Source of the DNA: Ginkgo biloba
Lineage: Eukaryota; Plantae; Ginkgophyta
NCBI GenBank assembly: GCA_024626585.2
Contig: JANKJI020000002.1
Span: forward strand, 52,398,675-52,430,001
Reading direction: 5' to 3'
DNA length: 31,327 nucleotides
Made by a program: the position numbers and the translations under genes
Part shown: piece by piece, positions 22,922 through 31,327 of the stretch
Layout: the number at the start of each line of letters is the position of its first letter
Numbering within the stretch: position 1 is the first letter of the stretch
Notes under the pieces: generated by a model
Databases searched by the model: none
Seen by the model: the letters and a program-made list of their open reading frames with translations, nothing else
What the model was told of the DNA's origin: nothing

Positions 22922-23452
22922 CTACCATCCTTTCTCCCTTTAAATCTCACAATAGGCCTCCTAAATACCCTTAAATTATACTATAAGTGAATTAATAACC
23001 CCTTAAAACCATCTTATTCCTTTTTCAACATTTAAATTTCCTTTAATTTTTATCCAAAAAATTTCCATCGTGGCCTTTATGTCATTTGCCATCCGAGCGG
23101 TGAACGCCCCACACCATTCACTAGCCAATTTTCCTCCTTATTTCTTTGGTCCATTTGTTTCCTTGGTGGTGAGTTCTATACTCCATTTTATGGAAATTTC
23201 TCCTCTTCATTATCTTTGGCTTGCAAGCTAGACTTCTTTAGGTCATTTTCCCTTTAAGTCATTCACTACTCAGCCTAGTTATTCATCATCCATTTGCCCA
23301 ATTTTTTATGCCCATTTTCAAAAACTAATTTGATAGGTCTTCATGATTTTTTNNNNNNNNNNNNNNNNNNNNNNNNNNNNNNNNNNNNNNNNNNNNNNNN
23401 NNNNNNNNNNNNNNNNNNNNNNNNNNNNNNNNNNNNNNNNNNNNNNNNNNNN

Positions 23453-23575
23453 GTCAGGAACAGAGACATAACCCTCAAGAATCCCTTTCCAGTCAACACC
23501 TTTAAACCAATGATGATTCTTGATTGAATTAGCTCCCTCACAACCAAGTCTTACATTCTCATCAACCTTCAGCAA
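23453..23575 (-). CDS. PP2C and cyclic-nucleotide-binding/kinase domain protein (At2g20050-like, plant PKG-like), kinase subdomain XI exon, runs into gap
   Basis: Acceptor ttcttctgtgtgttggccAG (23577-23576), then LLKVDENVRLGCEGANSIKNHHWFKGVDWKGILEGYVSVPD (AGC kinase RLG...IK.H.WF..W). Confidence 0.93.
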
Positions 23576-23730
23576 CTGGCCAACACACAGAAGAAAAATA
23601 TGTATATCATCAAATTGCAGTATTTGTCAGATAGACCTTCCAGAGATGCTCGGTGGCATTTCATTAATTTTTTGGACCATGAGCATGAATTGCGCATACA
23701 AACAAACATAGAAAAATGATAATGTACCAC
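23576..23730 (-). other. 155-bp GT-AG intron (phase 0)
   Basis: AAG|GTGGTA donor at 23730 and CAG acceptor at 23576. Splicing joins ...DLLTK to LLKVDEN in frame. Confidence 0.85.
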
Positions 23731-23887
23731 CTTGGTAAGAAGGTCAACCACATCAGGGCTAAAATGATGAGGAAGCATCAGCTGCCCCCCTGCAATTTTT
23801 GCGAAAATATCCAGTTCACTATCTCTCCATGAACCAAATGGGAGCTCACTTTGCAGCATGAAATAGATCAGCACTCCTAATGCCCAC
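23731..23887 (-). CDS. PP2C and cyclic-nucleotide-binding/kinase domain protein, kinase subdomain IX-X exon
   Basis: AG at 23889-23888, then (W)WALGVLIYFMLQSELPFGSWRDSELDIFAKIAGGQLMLPHHFSPDVVDLLTK. PFGSWR.SEL is characteristic of the At2g20050 family. Confidence 0.95.
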
Positions 23888-24957
23888 CTNNNNNNNNNNN
23901 NNNNNNNNNNNNACTGTCAAGAAAGAACCTTTTGGAATTATTAATCACAACATATAACTTAGCATCAGAGGTCTTTCTGATGATTTATCCAAAACAAGAA
24001 AGTACAAGCAAGCATGTTTGCATGCACATATGACACAAACGTTACTAGTTGGGAGACACTTTTCTAATTATCACAGCATCCAAGATAAACGCTACATGGC
24101 TGAATATATACTTAGCACGTAATGTGCCCTAAAACCCCGTGAGATTAAGTTTGCAAGGGCAAACACAAGGGCTCAAAAGAGGAACTAAATTATGGGCCTA
24201 TGCTTGATATCATGTGATTAGCAGACAACTTATCTTCTGACTTCCTATAGTCACAAAAAAAAGTAAAATTTGAATACGCAATGCCTTTCCAAGAGGGTGT
24301 CTAAGAAGATGTTGACTAATCCCTCAGCCTTTACAATGTCTATGTTAGTTCGAACACTGTCCCTAGTTACAATGTTATGCCAGTTCGAAAAGCATTTGAA
24401 GCCACACTGTCACTATTGTAACAAACATACAGGAGAACATACTAAATATAACAATTATTCATCAGTGTTTGGGACATGGCGTCATTGTTACGTGTTACCT
24501 TGCATTGGCAAGGGATGATCAATGCAATCAGAAGAATCAATAGATGGCACCCAATGCTGCCAGTCGAAGATACTAAGCCTATTGCATGTCACTACTACTA
24601 ATACTTACATCATGACACTTAAATTCATTAGGGCACCTGAGACTGAACCACAAGACACTTGTGCATGATAGATCTTAATGGCTGCTTATTGAGTTCTTAT
24701 GCTGCACAAGATACGAGTGTGGGTCTCTTACATCTCACAACATGTAACATCCTGCACCCATACTTCAATTGTCTAGGCATAATAATTGTTGACAGAATTC
24801 TCCCCCATACAGGCATCTTAACTCTCTCGCTCTCACTCTCGCAGACCCATNNNNNNNNNNNNNNNNNNNNNNNNNNNNNNNNNNNNNNNNNNNNNNNNNN
24901 NNNNNNNNNNNNNNNNNNNNNNNNNNNNNNNNNNNNNNNNNNNNNNNNNNGAGGGCA

Positions 24958-25377
24958 TGTTGTTCCCCCAACTTAGTATAAGTGGTTATGGTTAGATTGG
25001 TTAAAATTAAATTGCAATTATGATTAATTATCTTTCTTATGTAAAGACGTGGTAGGCTAGAGTTATGGCTAAGGGAGCCCATTTAAAGTATATAAGGGCA
25101 ATCAAGCCTCATTTGTAAGATATAATTTGAATTTATATCTTTATACTTCGTTGAGATTTTGCTCCTTTTGGATATTTTGGACTCGGGTGAGTCCCTTGTT
25201 GATAATTAGGCTCAAGTGGGTCCCACTATGACTATTGTGTTCCTTATTGCATTATTTTGTGATCGTGGCGTGGATATCTGCTATATTATTCGTGAATTTC
25301 ATGTATTCTATTGTTTCTATGCATTTTACATCATTTGGAGTGATATTTTGGTAGTGGGACCCGTTAGAGGCACTACA
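24958..25377 (+). repeat. Probable LTR (~420 bp) in the kinase intron
   Basis: TGTTGTTCC...GGCACTACA imperfect terminal IR (7/9), TATATAAG at ~25089, and a T-rich U5-like tract. It truncates the neighbouring minus-strand ORF. No matching TSD. Confidence 0.4.
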
Positions 25378-26312
25378 GTGTGCCACCTCCATTGTTCATA
25401 TTGTGGTGGTCATTATTGTTGTTTTCTCCAACATTCTGATCACCATCATTATTGTTTCCATTATTGTTGCCTCTGTTACCTCCATTATTATTATTGTCGA
25501 TCCCTCTAAATTTATTGCTTGGGGTTGGCACACTAGATATCTCGTTGGTGAATGGTGGGGCAAAGGGACCTCCAAAACTGAATAGATTTCTAGCGATAGG
25601 GTATTGCATTGTGTGATTGAAGTGGTGACCCATGGAAAGGTATGGGGCGTAAGGGAATCCTCCATTGAAACCATAGTTGTAGTTTGGCATTCCCAATACT
25701 GCCCCTAGGATGAATTTATAGTTCCCATACTGAGGCAATCCAAATGGCATTGGATTAGCTCCTCCCATTGAGGTTGGGATTGTTGGATTTGTTATTGGTG
25801 GGCTTCCACATTGGTTTGTCGAAGGCTTTTAATGTTGTTGAGGCTTAATGGCTCCCAAAGAAATTTGTTTGGCCATTGTCACTTGTGGGACCACAAATAG
25901 CGAATGGATTAAAAATTGGGGGACTTAGTGTCTCCGATGCAACACCTGCACTAAATATGTTGAATAAATTTGGGTTTGCACTAGCAACCTCCTAGCTTCC
26001 TATCGAATTTCCCGTTTTAAGATTGTTATTGCTATTTTCGAAGGGTTAGTACAATTAATATCCCTCAACATGTCCTCCAAAGGCACTCTATTTCTATTGT
26101 GTGCCACTGTGTATGATTATGTATATAACAATTTTTTGTGTACTCAAGGGTGTTTGTGGATGTTTTAACATCTTGTCAGTTTCAAAGTCTTCAGAAACTA
26201 TATCGCCTTTGTCTCCTAAAAGATCTACTTTAAGGCACCGTAATAGTTTCTCACCCTAATCGTCCATCATCAACTTATGAAGTCCTAATATTGGTTTTGA
26301 GAAGTCATTCTT
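25378..26312 (-). pseudogene. Decayed retrotransposon ORF, probably a gag N-terminal low-complexity region (P/G/N-rich)
   Basis: 131-aa ORF 25768-25373 (GGANPMPFGLPQYG...NNNNGGNRGNNNGNNN) continues upstream in broken frames. Bounded by LTR-like sequences. No diagnostic domain seen. Confidence 0.4.
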
Positions 26313-26434
26313 TTTTGAAATCGAATGAACCTAAGGTCAAAATTGAATACATCTCAAACACCAAATATCCATTCATCACTTAAGCATTCATCCAATTCTT
26401 TAACTTGGCCAAAACATGAGAGAATAATTCAAGC
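26313..26434 (-). repeat. Terminal (U5) part of the 3' LTR of a minus-strand element; remainder in gap
   Basis: 115/122 identical (manual count) to 28881-29002 in the same orientation, and not followed by a PBS. Confidence 0.85.
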
Positions 26435-27417
26435 NNNNNNNNNNNNNNNNNNNNNNNNNNNNNNNNNNNNNNNNNNNNNNNNNNNNNNNNNNNNNNNNNN
26501 NNNNNNNNNNNNNNNNNNNNNNNNNNNNNNNNNNNNNNNNNNNNNNNNNNNNNNNNNNNNNNNNNNNNNNNNNNNNNNNNNNNNNNNNNNNNNNNNNNNN
26601 NNNNNNNNNNNNNNNNNNNNNNNNNNNNNNNNNNNNNNNNNNNNNNNNNNNNNNNNNNNNNNNNNNNNNNNNNNNNNNNNNNNNNNNNNNNNNNNNNNNN
26701 NNNNNNNNNNNNNNNNNNNNNNNNNNNNNNNNNNNNNNNNNNNNNNNNNNNNNNNNNNNNNNNNNNNNNNNNNNNNNNNNNNNNNNNNNNNNNNNNNNNN
26801 NNNNNNNNNNNNNNNNNNNNNNNNNNNNNNNNNNNNNNNNNNNNNNNNNNNNNNNNNNNNNNNNNNNNNNNNNNNNNNNNNNNNNNNNNNNNNNNNNNNN
26901 NNNNNNNNNNNNNNNNNNNNNNNNNNNNNNNNNNNNNNNNNNNNNNNNNNNNNNNNNNNNNNNNNNNNNNNNNNNNNNNNNNNNNNNNNNNNNNNNNNNN
27001 NNNNNNNNNNNNNNNNNNNNNNNNNNNNNNNNNNNNNNNNNNNNNNNNNNNNNNNNNNNNNNNNNNNNNNNNNNNNNNNNNNNNNNNNNNNNNNNNNNNN
27101 NNNNNNNNNNNNNNNNNNNNNNNNNNNNNNNNNNNNNNNNNNNNNNNNNNNNNNNNNNNNNNNNNNNNNNNNNNNNNNNNNNNNNNNNNNNNNNNNNNNN
27201 NNNNNNNNNNNNNNNNNNNNNNNNNNNNNNNNNNNNNNNNNNNNNNNNNNNNNNNNNNNNNNNNNNNNNNNNNNNNNNNNNNNNNNNNNNNNNNNNNNNN
27301 NNNNNNNNNNNNNNNNNNNNNNNNNNNNNNNNNNNNNNNNNNNNNNNNNNNNNNNNNNNNNNNNNNNNNNNNNNNNNNNNNNNNNNNNNNNNNNNNNNNN
27401 NNNNNNNNNNNNNNNNN

Positions 27418-28840
27418 ATCTAATGTCAACATATAATAGAGAAATGCTCACCATTATTCATTCAATGGAGAAATAGAGACAATACCTACTAGGGAGTAGG
27501 TTTATCATCAAAACAGTCCATAATAGACTTAAGCAGATTTTACAGTAAGAGATGCTAACAAAAGAACAAAGATGATGGATAGATGAAATACAAGTATTCA
27601 ATTTTGAGATAATATATAGAATTAAAAAAGATAACATTATTGCAGATGCCCTATCTTGAAAAGTCAAAGATGTTACATTTAATGCCATCACTATACTCGA
27701 GCCTTCTTAGATGGGATAAGTTCAAAAGGGGTATGACCTGGATCTTGCCACTAATAAACTAAAGAAAGACATATTAAACAATAATAAGGACCAATGGTGG
27801 AGCATTAAAAATGGGATAATAATATTCAATAAAAGAGTGTACCTCAATAAGGGATCAAATTTTATTCAAAGGGTCATGGAAGGACACTCAATTCCAATAG
27901 TATGACATGCTGGATTTAAGAAAACATATAGGAATATAAACCACCTATTTTATTATCCTAATATGAAGAATGATATAAGAAAGTTTGTAGTTGAATGTGA
28001 TGTGTGCCATAGATAGAAAGTAGAATCAACATATCTACTAGACAAGCTTTAGCTATTAAATACTCCATACTAAATTGGGAAGAAATATCTATGGAATTTA
28101 TTACATGCCTTCTAAAATATAAAAATAAAGATGGTATATTTGTATTGGTGGATTGACTAAGGAAGTACACATACTTTTTCCTAATTGATCCAAAGTTCAC
28201 AAGTCACTTCTGTAAATTTGTTTTAAGATTGGAAGGTATAAAGTTTAACATGAGTACGGCCTACCACCTACAAATAGATGGATAAAATAAAATTGTGAAC
28301 AAATTCCTTGAAGGATATTTATGGGCATATATAGGGTAAAAGTAAGGAAAATGGGTGAAATGGTTTACACTTAGTAAATATTGGTATAACACCATATACC
28401 ACTGTACAACAAATATGTTACCATTTAAAGAACTCTACATATATGAACCCCCATCTATCAAAGCTTTCATCCTATGAGAAGTTAGAATTCTAACAATATA
28501 TGATACATTGGTGGAAACGTAAAACACCATGGAATAATTAGAGGATAATATAAACATTATGTGAAATTGAATTAAATTACAAGACAATATGGAAAAAATG
28601 AAAGAAGTTTTGAAGTAGGTGATATGGTATTTATAAGGTTACAACCTTACAAGCAAAACACATTGAAGGAAAGAGGGAAGAACAAGTTATAGCCAAAATC
28701 TTACAAGCCATACAAGGTTCGAGTCAAAGTTGAAGCAACAACCTACACTTTATATCTCCCTAACAAAAGACACATTCACGATGTATTCCATGTATCGTTC
28801 CTAAAGAAGCAGATAATAAGTCGAATTGTACCACAAACAA
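27418..28840 (+). pseudogene. Gypsy chromovirus (Reina-like) RNase H-integrase fragment, internally deleted and 3'-truncated
   Basis: STYNREML..RQYLLGSRF..DNIIADALS; HAGFKKTY..CDVCHR (zinc finger); WEEISMEFITCL; MSTAYHLQIDG; FEVGDMVFIRLQPYKQ; IHDVFHVSFLKK. Confidence 0.9.
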
Positions 28841-28868
28841 AGATACTATTGAAGATATCAGAATCATC

Positions 28869-28880
28869 GCTCTGATACCA
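28869..28880 (-). promoter_or_regulatory. tRNA-iMet primer binding site (minus strand)
   Basis: gctctgatacca is the reverse complement of TGGTATCAGAGC, and it abuts the LTR end ...TTTCAACA. Confidence 0.92.
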
Positions 28881-29380
28881 TGTTGAAATTGGATGAACCT
28901 AAGGTCAAAACTGAATACTTCTCAAATACCAAATATCCATTCATCATTTAAGCATTCATCCAATTCTTTAACTTGGCCAAAACATGAGAGAATAATTCAA
29001 GCACACAGGAAAAAATTTCAGACTTGAGTAACTTCAAAAAACACAACTTTAAACATCATCAAAGTCAATATACCTAAGCTACACTTAGGCCTAATTCTCC
29101 CATGTTGGCAAAAGGATTGACAATGGGAGATTAGTCAGGCATAGATATATGAAATAATTCATGAGAAGGAGGCGCATAGAGATGACAAAGAACGCAAAAA
29201 CTCCATTAGATAAAAGGGGCAGTTTCCAGAGTCGGAACTGCCTAAGCATTACAATGTATCGCTAACTCTCTTCGCTATTCTCCAATATCCCCAGATCGGC
29301 ACATACATGGGTGTATATAGGTGGTGGAGGTCGTTGAACGACCCAACTGCCCACCGCCTACCTAAACACTCATTATACAT
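28881..29380 (-). repeat. 5' LTR of the minus-strand element (far boundary unresolved, runs into gap)
   Basis: Ends ...CCAATTTCAACA next to the PBS and is a direct repeat of 26313-26434. Confidence 0.8.
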
Positions 29381-29480
29381 NNNNNNNNNNNNNNNNNNNN
29401 NNNNNNNNNNNNNNNNNNNNNNNNNNNNNNNNNNNNNNNNNNNNNNNNNNNNNNNNNNNNNNNNNNNNNNNNNNNNNNNN

Positions 29481-30570
29481 AGTTTAGATAGTACATTGTT
29501 ATTAATGCAATCTTAGCCTCTCACACTATGACATGCATTAATTGCACTCATATACATTTATTACTTGGCTCTTGCCTTGTTTTCAAGGGAGATTCTCTCT
29601 CTTATTTATAATGTTTTCTCTTCATTAAATGATGACGTCCTTCATCTTTAGGTCATAACCCTATGATTCTCTCTATTCATTTAATGTGCCCCTTTTAGGG
29701 CATTAAATGCACTTTTCTTAGCAATGAATGCAACTTGGCCTAACCATAAGTCGACTTGGACCAAGTTTGACCACGTCAGATTGCTCCTTAATTAATGTTG
29801 ACATCATAAATGTACTTTAGGTTGGCTAAGGAAGCATTGACGCATAATAAATGGTCCTTAAGTCGATTGTCCTTAGCATTAAATGTGGTTGATGTCATCA
29901 TTATACTTCAAGGTCGACTCAGCGTGCATTGACCAACGTTGATTATGCCATAAATGCATCTTATTTAATGATGACATCATTAATTATAGCCTAACTAAAG
30001 TCATTTGTACCTTAGTATTAAATGCAACTGTACCCTAGCATTTAATGTGGCTATTCTTTAGTATTTAATGCAATTTTCTATAGATTTTGACCAACTTTAA
30101 TTGCCTTGACCAATGAATTTCTTCCTTTGACTAGCAATTTGCCTATTATTGATGTCATTAATGTTGTTCACATGTCATCCTTTGGAGTGGCACCTCATCA
30201 TTAGCACTACCATGTCATCATTAGAGTTTTGTCCAATGAACTAGGGTTGTTTGGACTCAGTCCAAGTCATTTGACTGGTTGTTTTGGCTAGTTTTGACAT
30301 TCCTTAAGGCAATTTTGTCCTTTCTTAAGGTTGTTTTGCCTCTCCAAGATGGTTCTAACCTACCTTAAGGTGATTTTACCTTAAGGCAGTTTTGCCTCTC
30401 TAAAGTGGTTTTGACCTACCTTAACGCAGTTTTAACCTTCCTTATAGTGGTTTTGCCTTGATTTCATCTTTATTTCGTGTTGTGTCCTCTGTAGATGTCA
30501 TGTCATCATTAGTTGTTGCCAAATGAATCATATCGTCAGTGTGTTGTCAATCAGGGACGAATAACCTACA
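29481..30570. repeat. LTR-like non-coding region with degenerate short repeat arrays
   Basis: Repeated cttagcattaaatg and tgtcatcatt motifs (29690-30220), a ~15-20-bp ccttaagg..gttttg.c array (30300-30460), and a putative terminus ...acctaca at 30570. Confidence 0.5.
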
Positions 30571-31327
30571 AATAGGTACCTTGTGTCAAAATTTTCCTTG
30601 GGTGAATACAACCATAAATGATGAAACTCCTTATCACGATTGATTGCCTCAACATCTATAACACAATACTTCCTCGTCATCTCCTTCAACTTTTTTTAGT
30701 TTTCAACTTAACTAACAATGCTTTTCCCATATAGGTATTAACTTCATATTATTCTTTATTATCACAAGTCATTTTCATGACCTGTACCCAACAGAACAAT
30801 CACTTCTTTTAGCCTAGCAAGAAGGGCCAAAGGCAATGTTGGTACACATCTGTGTCGAGGCCACCTCACTTACCCCCTCATTAAGTTAATATAATATTGC
30901 CCCTTTTCTTCAACTTGAGTATCCTCCTCTCCTACTTTGTTCACATCCCAGACTACAATTTACAAATGAGGAGCATGGGATTCAAACTCACGCACCAATG
31001 CTTACGTAACTTTGCTAACAAAACTCAACTTCCTCTACAATGCATTCTTCTAATTACTTTCTGATAGGTCCACTCCATCCTCAAGAATATGCTCTAACAA
31101 ATCAAGCATGCATTCTCCTTCAACAATAGCAGCAAACTTAGACGTCCAAAAAAAATTCTCTACACATGGCGGACCAATGAAGATGCCACATCTGCTTCAC
31201 TTCCATCCCCCATCTACTAACATTTACCATTTCCTCCATTGCACCCTCCACCAAAGGCAGTCAAACTTGTGTAATTAAATAATTCACAGTAATTGGTTGC
31301 AAGCAAATTGCACAATAACAGAGGTCT

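Noticed and set aside
23569-23730. C-terminal half of ORF 23874-23569 (VVHYHFSMF...)
   Set aside because: Read-through into the GT-AG intron. Kinase homology resumes at 23575.
25216-25585. Cys/His/Tyr-rich and Ile/Val-rich plus-strand ORFs resembling metal-binding or membrane peptides
   Set aside because: Antisense translations of the AAC/AAT-rich minus-strand ORF.
30300-30460. CRISPR-like repeat/spacer appearance
   Set aside because: Eukaryotic context, degenerate adjacent units without unique spacers, and no cas genes.
26313-30570. Treating 30570 as the far end of the minus-strand LTR element
   Set aside because: The flanks TTCTT and AATAG do not form a TSD, and the implied ~1.7-kb LTR exceeds the space available at the other copy. 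Boundary left unresolved.

Overview
AT-rich, gap-ridden eukaryotic scaffold. It is almost certainly from a large plant genome, and the TE-filled intron and nested, decayed LTR retrotransposons suggest a gymnosperm (inference). The only host gene I can support is on the minus strand: the last exons (about 23887 to 22881) of the plant PP2C + cyclic-nucleotide-binding + kinase (PKG/PKA-like, At2g20050-type) protein. Its upstream exons are not visible, and 23888-31327 appears to be one large TE-filled intron. The rest is mostly decayed mobile DNA: a CRM-like Ty3/gypsy chromovirus (5' LTR 6629-7506 with TGATG...CATCA ends, tRNA-iMet PBS, gag-PR-RT-RH-INT, apparently a mosaic of more than one copy); a solo LTR with a perfect 5-bp TSD inside it; further gypsy RT/RH, protease, integrase and gag fragments; a minus-strand LTR pair enclosing an antisense integrase; a candidate hAT-type MITE; a foldback; a ~255-bp tandem duplication; and microsatellites. 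The two oddest features are a >430-bp foreign block splitting the kinase's terminal exon just before its C-terminal WLHDW motif, and the LTR-PBS-antisense-integrase-LTR element. I cannot establish a new biological system from sequence alone, and the many N gaps make assembly artefacts a real alternative for several observations.
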